A stretch of DNA of 64,000 nt, from assembly GCA_963668645.2 (NCBI GenBank), contig CAXXWC010000021.1, positions 928,001-992,000 of the forward strand. Direction: 5' to 3'. A program made the position numbers and the translations under genes. The DNA is from Desulfobacterales bacterium. GTDB taxonomy: Bacteria; Desulfobacterota; Desulfobacteria; Desulfobacterales; UBA2174. Shown here piece after piece: positions 8,899 to 19,570 of this stretch; the stretch's first letter is position 1; each line of letters starts with the position of its first letter. A model generated the notes under the pieces. That model was not told the origin of the DNA, searched no databases, and worked only from the letters and a program-made list of their open reading frames with translations.

Positions 8899-11800
8899 AT
8901 GACGGCTCAGAAAAGAGTAATGTACATCGCGGATCTGGATCGGATTCAGCAGGAGGTAGCCGTTGCAAGGGATCAGTTCTCCTACCATGCCATGATCTGC
9001 AGCGGCACCTCCTGTCAGGCCTCCGAGAGCCTGATGCTTCGTGACCGGCTCGCCGAGGCGCTTGTCAAACATAACATCGCGGGCAAAGTCCATCTCGTGG
9101 AAACCGGCTGTATGGGATTTTGCGCCGTGGGCCCCCTGATGCGGGTCGAACCGGGCGACTACTTCTATCAGAAGCTGACACCGGAAGATATCGGCCGTAT
9201 CGTCGAAGAGCATTTTTTAAACAACCGCCCGGTCGAGGCGTTGATGTACAAGGATCCGGTCAGCGGTCAAACCATCCCCCATTTCCACCAGATTCCATTT
9301 ATCGCCCCCCAACAGCTCCTGGTACTGCATAACCGGGGGCTGATCAATCCGGAAAAAATCGACGATTACATCTGGCGCGACGGCTACCGCGCGGCTTTTA
9401 AAGCGCTTTTTGACATGACGCCGAGAGAGATTATCACCGAAGTCAAGGCTTCGGGTCTGCGCGGGCGCGGCGGCGGCGGATTCCCCACCGGGATCAAGTG
9501 GGAACTGTGCGCCGCATCCAAGGGCGATACCAAATACGTGATCTGCAACGCCGATGAGGGCGACCCGGGCGCATTCATGGATCGCAGCGTGCTCGAGGCC
9601 GACCCCCATGCGGTTTTGGAAGGCATGCTCATCGCCGCCCATGCCATCGGTGCCCATCAGGGCTACATCTACTGCCGGGCCGAATACCCCATCGCCATCC
9701 AGCGCCTGACCATCGCCATCGATCAGGCCAAGGCCTACGGGATGCTGGGAAAGGATATCTTCGGGTCGGGATTCGATTTCGAGGTCGAGATCTACCGTGG
9801 GGCCGGCGCCTTTGTCTGCGGAGAGGAGACCGCCCTGATGACCTCCATCGAAGGTCGCCGCGGCACCCCGCGGCCCCGGCCGCCCTTTCCGGCGGTATCC
9901 GGACTGTGGCAAAAACCGTCGATTCTCAACAATGTCGAAACCTTTGCCAACATCGGTCACATCATCGCCAACGGCGGCGAGCAGTACGCCCGGCTCGGCA
10001 CGCCGTCCAGCAAGGGAACCAAGATCTTCTCACTCACCGGCAAGGTCAACAACCAGGGACTGGTCGAGGTGCCGATGGGCACCACCCTGGGCCAGGTGAT
10101 CTTCGATATCGGCGGCGGCATCCCCGAAGGCAAGAAATTCAAAGCGGCCCAGCTCGGCGGTCCTTCGGGCGGATGCCTGCCGGTGGAACATCTCAACACG
10201 CCCATCGATTATGAAGAGATCCAGAAAGCCGGGGCCATCATGGGGTCCGGTGGCATGATCGTAATGGATGAAGATACGTGCATGGTCGACATGGCACGTT
10301 TCTTCATGGAGTTTTGCCAGGATGAATCCTGCGGCAAGTGCACCGCCTGCCGCGTCGGGACCAAGCGGATGCTGCAAATCCTGCAACGGATCTGCAAGGG
10401 CGGCGGCCAACCGGGCGATATCGCCCTGCTGGAAGATCTGGCCGAATCGATCAAGGACACCGCCCTGTGCGGGCTGGGACAAACCGCGCCCAACCCCGTG
10501 CTGAGCACCATCCGGTATTTTCGCGACGAATACGAGGCCCACATCAACGAGAAGCGCTGCCCGGCGGCGGTCTGCGGCGATCTTTTCGACGCGCCCTGCC
10601 AGCACGTATGCCCGGTGCAGATGGACATCCCGGCCTACATGGCGCTGGTGCGCGCCGGACGGCTCGACGATGCCTACAGACTGCTCAAACGGACCAATCC
10701 GTTTCCCAGCATCTGCGGGCGGGTCTGCGGCCACCCGTGCCAGAGCAAGTGCCGCCGCGGCCAGCTGGACGCACCGCTGGCCATCAAGAATATCAAGCGT
10801 TTCATCACCGACTACGCCGGCCGGCCGACCGTAGCCGCCATACCGGTGACGCACCCGGAGAGGATTGCCGTTGTCGGCGCCGGTCCGGCAGGCCTCAGCA
10901 TGGCCCTGGAAATGAAAAAGCGCGGCTATGCCGTCACCGTCTTCGAGTCGATGCCGCAAGCCGGCGGCATGCTGCGTTACGGGATTCCGGCCTATCGCCT
11001 GCCGCGTGACATCCTCGATCGCGAAATTGATGAAATCCTGGCCACCGGAGTGGAACTAAAAACCGGCACCCGCATCGGTCAGGATCTTGATTTTGACAGC
11101 CTGGACAAAGAGTTCGACATCGTTTTCATCGCTGCCGGCGCCCAGAAAAGCACGCCGCTGGGCCTGGCCAGCGACGATGCCCGGGGCGTTTACGGGGCCG
11201 TCGAATGGCTGCGGGACCTCAATCTGGGCCAAACCCCGCCCGTGGGTCAACATGTGGCGGTGATCGGCGGGGGCAATTCGGCCATTGATGCGGCCCGCAG
11301 CGCACTGAGGCTCGGGGCTGCCTCGGTGACCGTCTATTACCGGCGCGAACGCAAAGACATGCCGGCCCAGGAGGTGGAGATCGATGCCGCGGCCCACGAA
11401 GGGGTTCGCATCGAGACGCTGGTCAACCCGCTGCGGCTCCTGGTGGAAAACGGTGCGGTGGTGGGACTCGAAATGGCCCGCATGGCCCTGGGGCAGTTCG
11501 ATGCCAGTGGCCGAAAAAAAGCGGCGGCCATCGACGGGTCCCAGTTCCGGGTCGATGCGGACATGGTCATCTCGGCCATCGGACAGCGGGTCGACCTGGA
11601 CTTTCTGACTCCGGCAAGCCGGATCGTATCGGACGGGCGCGTCCTTGGCGTGGATGCCGACCTGAAAACCGCCAATCCCAAAGTATGGGCAGGCGGCGAT
11701 GTGGTCACCGGACCGGCGATGGTGATCGATGCGATCCGGGCCGGTCAGGATGCGGCCAGGGCCATCGACCAGGAGCTGCGCACCGCGGCCGGGCAGAAGC

Positions 11801-12015
11801 CGTGGACCCCGGTTTTCGAGCCGATCGAAATTCCTTTCGAGGTGGATGAAGATCCGGTGGAGCAGCCCCAGGCCGCCATGCCCGAACGCGATGCAACAAC
11901 ACGCATCGCCGGTTTCGAGGAGGTCGAGCTGGGTTACACCAAAGAAATGGCCCTGGCCGAAGCACGCCGCTGCATGCGCTGCGATGCAAAGGTCCAGGCG
12001 GCCAAAACCATCTGA
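8899..12015 (+). CDS. hydB: NuoF-like flavin subunit (HydB) fused to a GltD/NfnL-like FAD/NADPH oxidoreductase domain
   Basis: N-terminal 2Fe-2S (CSGTSC, GCMGFC), GRGGGGFPTG, NADEGDPG, ESCGKCTACRVG; then PCQHVCP, CGRVCGHPCQSKC, GAGPAG, GGGNSAIDAAR, YRR. Confidence 0.9.
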   Translation: MTAQKRVMYIADLDRIQQEVAVARDQFSYHAMICSGTSCQASESLMLRDRLAEALVKHNIAGKVHLVETGCMGFCAVGPLMRVEPGDYFYQKLTPEDIGRIVEEHFLNNRPVEALMYKDPVSGQTIPHFHQIPFIAPQQLLVLHNRGLINPEKIDDYIWRDGYRAAFKALFDMTPREIITEVKASGLRGRGGGGFPTGIKWELCAASKGDTKYVICNADEGDPGAFMDRSVLEADPHAVLEGMLIAAHAIGAHQGYIYCRAEYPIAIQRLTIAIDQAKAYGMLGKDIFGSGFDFEVEIYRGAGAFVCGEETALMTSIEGRRGTPRPRPPFPAVSGLWQKPSILNNVETFANIGHIIANGGEQYARLGTPSSKGTKIFSLTGKVNNQGLVEVPMGTTLGQVIFDIGGGIPEGKKFKAAQLGGPSGGCLPVEHLNTPIDYEEIQKAGAIMGSGGMIVMDEDTCMVDMARFFMEFCQDESCGKCTACRVGTKRMLQILQRICKGGGQPGDIALLEDLAESIKDTALCGLGQTAPNPVLSTIRYFRDEYEAHINEKRCPAAVCGDLFDAPCQHVCPVQMDIPAYMALVRAGRLDDAYRLLKRTNPFPSICGRVCGHPCQSKCRRGQLDAPLAIKNIKRFITDYAGRPTVAAIPVTHPERIAVVGAGPAGLSMALEMKKRGYAVTVFESMPQAGGMLRYGIPAYRLPRDILDREIDEILATGVELKTGTRIGQDLDFDSLDKEFDIVFIAAGAQKSTPLGLASDDARGVYGAVEWLRDLNLGQTPPVGQHVAVIGGGNSAIDAARSALRLGAASVTVYYRRERKDMPAQEVEIDAAAHEGVRIETLVNPLRLLVENGAVVGLEMARMALGQFDASGRKKAAAIDGSQFRVDADMVISAIGQRVDLDFLTPASRIVSDGRVLGVDADLKTANPKVWAGGDVVTGPAMVIDAIRAGQDAARAIDQELRTAAGQKPWTPVFEPIEIPFEVDEDPVEQPQAAMPERDATTRIAGFEEVELGYTKEMALAEARRCMRCDAKVQAAKTI

Positions 12016-12103
12016 CACGGCCCGGGGCGGCCCGGCCCTTTCACCGGAAAGCGGCCGGGACCGCCATGCCAGTGCGACAACGCAACGATAGAGGAGAAAT
12101 AGG

Positions 12104-13831
12104 ATGGTTTCTCTGACGATTGACAATCAGCCAGTGCAAGTGCCGCCGGGAACCACGATCCTGGAAGCGGCACGCCAGATCGGCATCTATATCCCGTCAC
12201 TTTGCGCCATGCCCGAAATCGATCACCGCCCCGGGGCCTGCCGGGTCTGCGTCGTGGAAGTCGAACGGAGCCGCACCCTGGTCGCCTCGTGCGTCTATCC
12301 GGTGGCCGAAGGAATGAAGGTTAAAACCAACTCCGCCAGAGTGCGCAAGGGGCGGCGGGCCATCGTCGAATTTCTGCTCTCAGACCATCCGCAGGATTGT
12401 ACGATCTGCTTGAAAAACGGCCATTGTGAGCTGCAGAAAATCGCCCAGCTCGTCGGCGTCCGGGAGATCCGGGTGCCATGCACCGATTTTTCGATCCAGC
12501 GCCTCGACGACTCTTCCCCGGCGCTGGTGCGCGACGCGTCCAAGTGCATCAACTGCCTGCGCTGCGTCAAGGTCTGCGCCGATATCCAGGGGGTATCTCT
12601 GCTCACGCCCCAGGGCCGCGGCTTCGATTCAAGGGTTGTGCCGGCCATGAACAAGGATCTGGCCGAATCGGTCTGCACCTTCTGCGGCCAGTGTGCCGTG
12701 GTCTGCCCCACCGGTGCCATCGTGGAAAAAGATGCCACCGAGACGGTGATGGCCGCCCTGGAAGACCCGCACAAACACGTTGTGGTGCAGGAAGCGCCTG
12801 CGATCCGCGCCTCGCTGGGCGAGGACCTCGGCCTGCCGCCCGGCACCCTGGTCACCGGCAAGATGATCGCCGCGCTACGCCGGCTCGGCTTCGACAAGGT
12901 CTTCGACACCAATTTCACCGCCGATCTGACCATTATCGAAGAAGGCCATGAACTGCTGCACCGGGTCAAGAACGGCGGCCGCCTGCCGATGATCACCTCG
13001 TGCAGTCCCGGCTGGATCAAGTTCATCGAACATTTCTACCCCTCGCTGCTGCCCAACGTGAGCACATGCAAATCGCCCCAGCAGATGTTCGGTGCCCTGG
13101 CCAAGACGTACTATGCTCAGCAGGCCGGGATCGACCCCAAGGACATGTATGTCGTTTCGATCATGCCGTGTACGGCCAAAAAATTCGAGGCCGCCCGGCC
13201 GGAGATGAACAGCTCGGGGTACCGCGACGTCGATGCGGTCCTGACCACCCGGGAACTGGCCCGCATGATCAACGCGGCCGGAATAGACTTCAATAATCTG
13301 GCACCGGAGGACTACGACCCGCCCATGGGGCAGTACACCGGCGCCGGAACGATCTTCGGGGCCACCGGCGGGGTGATGGAAGCCGCCTTGCGCACCGTTT
13401 TCGCCGTGGTGACCGGAAAGCCGCTCGAAGATCTGGACATTACGCCGGTACGCGGGTTAGAAAGCATCAAGGAGGCGGCCATCGAAGTCGGCCCCCTGGG
13501 AACAGTGCGGGTGGCCGTATCCCATGGCCTGGACAACGCCCGCCGGCTGATGGACCGGGTGGTTACCGGAAGGGCCGACTACCATTTTATCGAGATCATG
13601 GCCTGCCCGGGCGGCTGTGTGGGAGGCGGCGGCCAGCCCCTGCCGGCCAGCGATGAAAAACGCACCCTGCGGGCCGCGGCCTTGTACCACGATGACAAGG
13701 CGGTTCAGAAATGGCGCCAGAGCCATGAAAATCCGGCCATCCAGGAGCTGTATGAGAGCTTTCTCGGCACCCCGCTCGGCGAGCGGTCCCATGAGCTGCT
13801 CCACACCCACTACACCGCCCGCGGGCTGTGA
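12104..13831 (+). CDS. hydA: [FeFe]-hydrogenase catalytic subunit, group A (HydA/HndD)
   Basis: H-cluster motifs TSCSPGW, MPCTAKKFE, EIMACPGGCVGGGGQP; N-terminal 2Fe-2S, His-ligated and 2x4Fe-4S motifs. Confidence 0.96.
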   Translation: MVSLTIDNQPVQVPPGTTILEAARQIGIYIPSLCAMPEIDHRPGACRVCVVEVERSRTLVASCVYPVAEGMKVKTNSARVRKGRRAIVEFLLSDHPQDCTICLKNGHCELQKIAQLVGVREIRVPCTDFSIQRLDDSSPALVRDASKCINCLRCVKVCADIQGVSLLTPQGRGFDSRVVPAMNKDLAESVCTFCGQCAVVCPTGAIVEKDATETVMAALEDPHKHVVVQEAPAIRASLGEDLGLPPGTLVTGKMIAALRRLGFDKVFDTNFTADLTIIEEGHELLHRVKNGGRLPMITSCSPGWIKFIEHFYPSLLPNVSTCKSPQQMFGALAKTYYAQQAGIDPKDMYVVSIMPCTAKKFEAARPEMNSSGYRDVDAVLTTRELARMINAAGIDFNNLAPEDYDPPMGQYTGAGTIFGATGGVMEAALRTVFAVVTGKPLEDLDITPVRGLESIKEAAIEVGPLGTVRVAVSHGLDNARRLMDRVVTGRADYHFIEIMACPGGCVGGGGQPLPASDEKRTLRAAALYHDDKAVQKWRQSHENPAIQELYESFLGTPLGERSHELLHTHYTARGL

Positions 13832-13887
13832 GCCGGGGCGGCAGGATTTGCGTCCCGCGATGGACCGCTAATGATAAGGGGGTTTAC

Positions 13888-14289
13888 ATGACAGACAAAG
13901 CCGACGTTCTTTTAGTGGACGATGATCGCGATATCCGTGATTCGTTGAAGGTGCTGCTGGAAACTCAGGGGTATGGCGTGCGCATCGCCGTAAACGGCCG
14001 CGATGCATTGGCGGCGCTAAACGCCAAACGACCCGACGTCATGATTCTCGATGTCATGATGTCCAGTGATACCGAAGGGTTCGACCTGGCCTTCGAGCTG
14101 CAACAGATGCCGCAGTTCCAAGGGTTACCGATCATCATCATGACCAGTTTTCTGGATAAAGTCAGGGAGGAAGGTCCTGATCAGTTCCAGCACATCCTCG
14201 GCGAGTCCTGGCCGGCCAAGTGGTTGTTCGAAAAGCCGGTGGACCCGAAACGGCTGATCCAAAAAATCGAAGAGATCCTTCAAAACTGA
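13888..14289 (+). CDS. Stand-alone response regulator receiver protein
   Basis: LLVDDD, ILDVMM, FEKP; no output domain. Confidence 0.88.
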   Translation: MTDKADVLLVDDDRDIRDSLKVLLETQGYGVRIAVNGRDALAALNAKRPDVMILDVMMSSDTEGFDLAFELQQMPQFQGLPIIIMTSFLDKVREEGPDQFQHILGESWPAKWLFEKPVDPKRLIQKIEEILQN

Positions 14290-14493
14290 ACGGCCGACCG
14301 GCACGCTTGGGCCGCTACCAACGCGTGTGCCCCGCCGCTTTTCACAGGTTGGCGCCTGGAGGATAGCGTTTCGCCTCTGTTCCAGTGCGAGCCGATCGCA
14401 TAACGCTATCCCCGGGTGCCGGGGCCTGGAAGCACGGTTCGCCGGTGGGCTTGACCGTCGCCCGGTTTGACCTGACGCGCGGGAAGTATTCGC

Positions 14494-16404
14494 ATGCTTG
14501 AAGCAGACCCGAAAGAAAACGCGGCCGGTGCGCCCGTTGGGATCGAGAAATACAGGCGTGTCATCTTCGGCGAACTGGTCGATCGCACCGTCTGGTTCAT
14601 CCGGTTGCGCTGGTTTGCGGCCCCGGCCATCATGCTGGCGGTGATCGTCCTGGGCCAATGCGGTTTCAACCTTTCTTTCCTGCCGTTTTTCCTGATCGCG
14701 CTCTTTATCCTGGCCTACAACGGCCTGGTGTATGGCGTGGCGCAACGAAACCGCCGGGCACTGCGCACCGAGCGCCCTTTTATTCTCAACTTCAACCGCT
14801 TCCAGTTCGCCCTCGATTTTATCGCGCTTTTGCTGCTGAGCCATTATACCGGCGGCATTTCCAGCCCGTTGCTTTTCTTTTTTACCTTCCATATCATCTT
14901 CGCCTCGATCCTGCTTTCGCCCGGATCCGGCTACGGCCTGGTAACCCTGGCCGTCGCGGGCATGCTGGTCGTGGTGGCGGCCGAGTCGCACGGCTGGCTC
15001 GCCGTCGAGCCGCTGCGCTTCGGCCAAAAGGTTTTGAGCAGTTCCCAGCCACCGTTACAGACGACCGTGACGGTGCTTTTTTGGGCCTTATCGCTTTATG
15101 CGACGGTCATTTTCGGCACCTCCATCGTTGCGGCCATCCGCCGGCGGATCTCCAAGCTGGTGGATGTCACCGAGGCGGACCGCCGGTTGAACAGCCGGCT
15201 CAATTCGCTCTACACCATGACCGAGGCCATCGGTTCGGTGCGCAACCTGAAGATGGTCCTCAACATGGTTACCTCGGAGCTGTGCCAGGTAATGGGCGTT
15301 TTGGGTATTTCGGTCAAACTGCTCAGCGACGACCGCAAGCAGCTCGAGTACGTGGCCGCCCATGGACTGGTGGCCGATGTGTTCAAAAGCAAGGTCATCG
15401 AAGTGGCCAAAAGCCCGCTGAACCGGGAAATCATCGAAGGCAAGCCTTTTGTGACCGGCCGGATCAAACCCGGAGAGATGATGTTCCAGCTCGGTGAAGA
15501 CCTAGCGGCGGCCAATATCCAATCGGTGCTCTTCGTCCCCCTGGTGGTGGAAGGCCGGGTGATCGGGATTCTGGGGGCTTACTGCCGGCACGCGGAACGA
15601 TTCAGCGCAGAAGAGGTGCATTTTTTTCGCCGGGTCGCCGGCTTGGTCGCCGTGGCCATTGAAAACGCCCGCAGCTATGAAGCCATCGAGAAACTGATGA
15701 CCGATCGCCACCGTTTCATGATGCGCGTGGCCCATAACCTGCGTTCGCCCCTGGCCGCGATGGTCAGCATGCTCGATGTAGTCCGCGGCGGCTACAAGGG
15801 GGATCTGAGTGCAGGACAAAACGAGTATCTCGATCGCATCGATCGCCGGGCGCGAACCATGATCCGCATGATCAACGGCCTTTTGACCCTGGCTCGCAAC
15901 GGTGAAACCAAGGGAGCCGACGCCTTCCGGCCCTTGGACCTGACGGCCATCGCCGGCCGCATCCGGCGCACCTTCCAGGATGAGGCGCAGCAAAAAAACC
16001 TGTGCTACGAGGTGGTCGTGCCGCCGGATCTACCCCCTGTTCAGGGCAATACCGACATGATCGAACAAACCCTGGAAAACCTGGTCGCCAATGCCATCAA
16101 GTACACCGCCGCGGGTGGTCGGGTTGAGGTCGCGTTCATCAAGGGTCTCCAGCAGACGGTGCAGATCCGGGTCCACGACAGCGGGATCGGCATCGCGCCC
16201 GAAGATTTGAAACATCTTTTCACGGAATTTTTCCGGGCCGAAAACGCCCGGGCCATGGAAGAGATCGGCACCGGCCTGGGGCTGGCGATCGTCAAGCAAA
16301 CCGTCGAACGACACGGTGGACGGATCCTCGTGGAAAGCACCCCCGGACAGGGGAGCACCTTCACCATTGATCTTCCCGTGGCACCGGCAAAGAATGCGAC
16401 ATGA
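14494..16404 (+). CDS. Membrane GAF-domain sensor histidine kinase
   Basis: Several TM segments, GAF (VPLVVEGRVIGIL), HisKA AHNLRSPL, NAIKY, DSGIG, GTGLGL. Confidence 0.92.
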   Translation: MLEADPKENAAGAPVGIEKYRRVIFGELVDRTVWFIRLRWFAAPAIMLAVIVLGQCGFNLSFLPFFLIALFILAYNGLVYGVAQRNRRALRTERPFILNFNRFQFALDFIALLLLSHYTGGISSPLLFFFTFHIIFASILLSPGSGYGLVTLAVAGMLVVVAAESHGWLAVEPLRFGQKVLSSSQPPLQTTVTVLFWALSLYATVIFGTSIVAAIRRRISKLVDVTEADRRLNSRLNSLYTMTEAIGSVRNLKMVLNMVTSELCQVMGVLGISVKLLSDDRKQLEYVAAHGLVADVFKSKVIEVAKSPLNREIIEGKPFVTGRIKPGEMMFQLGEDLAAANIQSVLFVPLVVEGRVIGILGAYCRHAERFSAEEVHFFRRVAGLVAVAIENARSYEAIEKLMTDRHRFMMRVAHNLRSPLAAMVSMLDVVRGGYKGDLSAGQNEYLDRIDRRARTMIRMINGLLTLARNGETKGADAFRPLDLTAIAGRIRRTFQDEAQQKNLCYEVVVPPDLPPVQGNTDMIEQTLENLVANAIKYTAAGGRVEVAFIKGLQQTVQIRVHDSGIGIAPEDLKHLFTEFFRAENARAMEEIGTGLGLAIVKQTVERHGGRILVESTPGQGSTFTIDLPVAPAKNAT

Positions 16405-18431
16405 AAACGCAGAACGAAGAAACCACCGCGTCATCCGCGGCGCCGCTGGTGCGTACGATCAGGGAGCGTTGCCGGGTCTGCTACACCTGTGTGCGCGAAT
16501 GCCCCGCCAAGGCGATCCGGATCGAGGACGGCCAGGCCGAGGTGATCGTCAGCAAATGCATCGGCTGCGGCAACTGCGTGCAGGTGTGCAGCCAGAAGGC
16601 CAAACAGATCCAGCAGGCCGGCGACACGGTGACCGCCCTGCTGGCCTCCGGGCACCGGGTATCGGCCCTTGTCGCACCGAGTTTTCCGGCTGAATTCGTC
16701 GATACCGACTACCGAATTTTCGTTGGCATGCTGCAAGCCCTGGGGTTTGACTTTGTGCACGAGGTGGCCTTCGGCGCCGATCTGGTCGCCCGGCGCTACC
16801 GCCGGATGCTGCGCTGTGGCTCGACAGAACGTCATATCGCCACCAACTGCCCAGCCATCGTGGAATTCATCTGTCGCTATCACCCCAAACTGGTCGGGTA
16901 TCTGGCACCGATCGCCTCGCCCATGCTGGCCACCTCGCGGGTGCTCAAATCGTTGTACGGCCCGGATTTGAAAACGGTCTTCATCGGCCCGTGCATCGCC
17001 AAGAAGGCCGAACGCGATCCGGCCCGGGACAGCGTCGAAATCGATGCGGTGCTGACCTTCATCGAGTTGCGCCAGCTCTTCGAACAAAACGGCATCGTCC
17101 CGTCAAAGGTCGCTGCCAGCGAATTCGACAAGCCCCACAGCCGCAACGGGGCACTTTTCCCGGTTTCACGGGGGATGCTCCAGGTGGCACACATCAGTGA
17201 CGACCTGCTGCCCGGCAACAGCCTGGCGGCCGACGGCAAGAGAGATTTCATGGAGGCGATCCGCGAATTCGAATCCGGCGACCTGCGCGTCAATCTGCTG
17301 GAAGTGCTTTGCTGCAGCGGCTGCATCATGGGCCCGGGCATGAGCAGCGACCTGCCGCTGTTCAGCCGGCGGGCCCGGGTCATCGATTACGTGCATCAGC
17401 GGTTTTCCATCGTTTCGCTCGATCGCTGGAAAGAGGATCTGGCCGAATTCGAGGATCTCGATCTGTCACGCGCTTTTGTGGCCAATGAACAGTGCATGCC
17501 GATGCCATCGGCCGCCCAGATCCATGAAATCCTTCATAAAATGGGGAAATACGGCGAGGCGGACGAACTCAACTGCGGGGCCTGCGGCTACGACACCTGC
17601 CGTGATCATGCCGCGGCCATCTATCGCGGCACGGCCGAAACGGAAATGTGCCTGCCGTATAACATCGACCAGCTCCATCGGGCACTGGACGATCTGGCAG
17701 CGACCAACCAGGCCCTGGCCAAGGTCCAAGAGGCACTGATCCAGTCCGAAAAGCTGGCCAGCATGGGGCAACTGGCGGCCGGCATTGCCCATGAGATCAA
17801 CAACCCGCTGGGCATCGTACTGATGTATGCCCACCTGATGCTCGACGAGGCCGTAAAATCCCAGGTAACCACGGCCGACATCAAGATGATCGTGGATCAA
17901 ACCCAACGGTGCAAGAAGATCGTCACCGGACTGCTGAACTTTTCACGCCAGAACAAGGTATTTTGCAAACCGACCCATCTTGGCAATCTCATCGATCAGA
18001 TCGTGCGCACCACCTACCCGCCCGATCGGATCCGCCTTACGGTGGATGTTCGCCTTGCCGACCCCATCGCGATTATCGACGCCGATCAGATCACCCAGGT
18101 GATCAACAACCTGCTGCGCAACGCCTTCGAAGCGATCACCGGTCGCGGGACGGTGGTTCTGGGTGCAAGTGACGCTGGCCCGGAACAGTTGACTTTCCGC
18201 GTCAGCGATTCGGGCAGCGGCATTTCCCAGGAGAACCTGTCGAAGATATTCGAACCGTTTTTCACCACCAAAAAACTGGGCAAGGGGACCGGCCTCGGAC
18301 TGGCTGTGGTCTACGGCATCGTCAAGATGCATCGCGGCGATATCAGCGCGACATCCAACGACAACCCGGCAGCCGGCCCCACCGGCACGACCTTCACCGT
18401 CACCTTGCCGCGCCAGCACGATCCGGAGTGA
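16401..18431 (+). CDS. Group C (sensory) [FeFe]-hydrogenase domain fused to histidine kinase
   Basis: 2x4Fe-4S; variant H-cluster motifs [39 protein letters not shown]eS motif; [13 protein letters not shown]. Confidence 0.9.
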   Translation: MKTQNEETTASSAAPLVRTIRERCRVCYTCVRECPAKAIRIEDGQAEVIVSKCIGCGNCVQVCSQKAKQIQQAGDTVTALLASGHRVSALVAPSFPAEFVDTDYRIFVGMLQALGFDFVHEVAFGADLVARRYRRMLRCGSTERHIATNCPAIVEFICRYHPKLVGYLAPIASPMLATSRVLKSLYGPDLKTVFIGPCIAKKAERDPARDSVEIDAVLTFIELRQLFEQNGIVPSKVAASEFDKPHSRNGALFPVSRGMLQVAHISDDLLPGNSLAADGKRDFMEAIREFESGDLRVNLLEVLCCSGCIMGPGMSSDLPLFSRRARVIDYVHQRFSIVSLDRWKEDLAEFEDLDLSRAFVANEQCMPMPSAAQIHEILHKMGKYGEADELNCGACGYDTCRDHAAAIYRGTAETEMCLPYNIDQLHRALDDLAATNQALAKVQEALIQSEKLASMGQLAAGIAHEINNPLGIVLMYAHLMLDEAVKSQVTTADIKMIVDQTQRCKKIVTGLLNFSRQNKVFCKPTHLGNLIDQIVRTTYPPDRIRLTVDVRLADPIAIIDADQITQVINNLLRNAFEAITGRGTVVLGASDAGPEQLTFRVSDSGSGISQENLSKIFEPFFTTKKLGKGTGLGLAVVYGIVKMHRGDISATSNDNPAAGPTGTTFTVTLPRQHDPE

Positions 18432-18438
18432 ACCGGTC

Positions 18439-19563
18439 ATGGAAACTCTCAATTTACTCGTGGTAGACGATGAGCCGGGGATGTGTTCCGCCATCCGCCG
18501 GGCCCTGGCGACCTATGAGATCCCCGCGGTCAACGAAGATCCGGCCGTGGCCTTTGCCATCGATGAGACAGACAGCGCCGAGGCGGCCCTGGAGAAGATC
18601 GCGGCCCGGCGGGTGGACATTTTGCTGCTCGATTACAAACTGCCCCAGATGTCCGGAATGGAGCTGCTCCAACGCATCGCTGACAGCCAGACGGAAATGA
18701 CCACGGTGATGATGACCGCCTACGCCTCCATCGAAACCGCCGTGACGGCGACCCGGCGGGGGGCCTACGATTTTCTGGCCAAGCCGTTTACCCCGGACGA
18801 GCTGAAGAGCACCGTCTACCGGGCCTCGCGCGTCCGCTTGCTCCAGCGCCGGGCCCATCGGCTGATGCAGGAAAAACGGCGCTTCAGGCTCGAGCTGCTC
18901 ACCATCGTCTCCCATGAATTGAAGCGGCCCCTGGCCGCCGTGGAAACCTACCTGAACATTATCCGGGACCATTCGGCCGGCGACGACCCGGCGGTGTATC
19001 AGGACATGATCGAACGCTGCCGGGTGCGCACCGGCGAAATGCGCAAGCTGATCATGGACCTGCTCGATTCGGCCCGGATCGAATCGGGCCAGTACAAACG
19101 CTGCCTGGAACCCGTCGACCTGCTCCCACTGCTGGAAGGATCGATTGCCGCTGCGCGCTCCGAGGCCGAGGCAAACGGGGTCGAGTTCGTCCTATCGGCC
19201 CCCGAGCGGCTGGAAATCCAGGCCGATCGCAACGAGATGCAGATTATTTTCAACAACCTGGTATCCAACGCGGTCAAATACAACCGCCGCGGCGGAACGG
19301 TCACCATCCGGCTGGCAAGCCAGGGCACCTCGATCACGCTGTGTGTCGCCGATACCGGCATCGGCATCGGCCAGGAAGACCAGGCGAATATCTTCAAGGA
19401 GTTTTCCCGGATCAAGAACGAAAAGACCCAGGACATCCCCGGAAGCGGGCTGGGATTGTCCATCGTGAAAAGGATCGTCGACCTCTACGGCGGAACGATC
19501 CACCTCCAGAGCCGGCCGGATGAGGGCACGACTTTTACCGTAACCCTGCCCTGGGGGCCTTGA
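18439..19563 (+). CDS. Receiver-histidine kinase hybrid
   Basis: N-terminal REC (VVDDE, LLDYKLP, KPF), SHELKRPL, NAVKYN, GSGLGL. Confidence 0.92.
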   Translation: METLNLLVVDDEPGMCSAIRRALATYEIPAVNEDPAVAFAIDETDSAEAALEKIAARRVDILLLDYKLPQMSGMELLQRIADSQTEMTTVMMTAYASIETAVTATRRGAYDFLAKPFTPDELKSTVYRASRVRLLQRRAHRLMQEKRRFRLELLTIVSHELKRPLAAVETYLNIIRDHSAGDDPAVYQDMIERCRVRTGEMRKLIMDLLDSARIESGQYKRCLEPVDLLPLLEGSIAAARSEAEANGVEFVLSAPERLEIQADRNEMQIIFNNLVSNAVKYNRRGGTVTIRLASQGTSITLCVADTGIGIGQEDQANIFKEFSRIKNEKTQDIPGSGLGLSIVKRIVDLYGGTIHLQSRPDEGTTFTVTLPWGP

Positions 19564-19570
19564 GTTTTCC

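Noticed and set aside
8361..13831. Selenocysteine recoding in hydrogenase genes, given selC in the window
   Set aside because: No in-frame TGA at Cys positions in the visible hydrogenase ORFs; the C-terminus of the [NiFe] large subunit is outside the window
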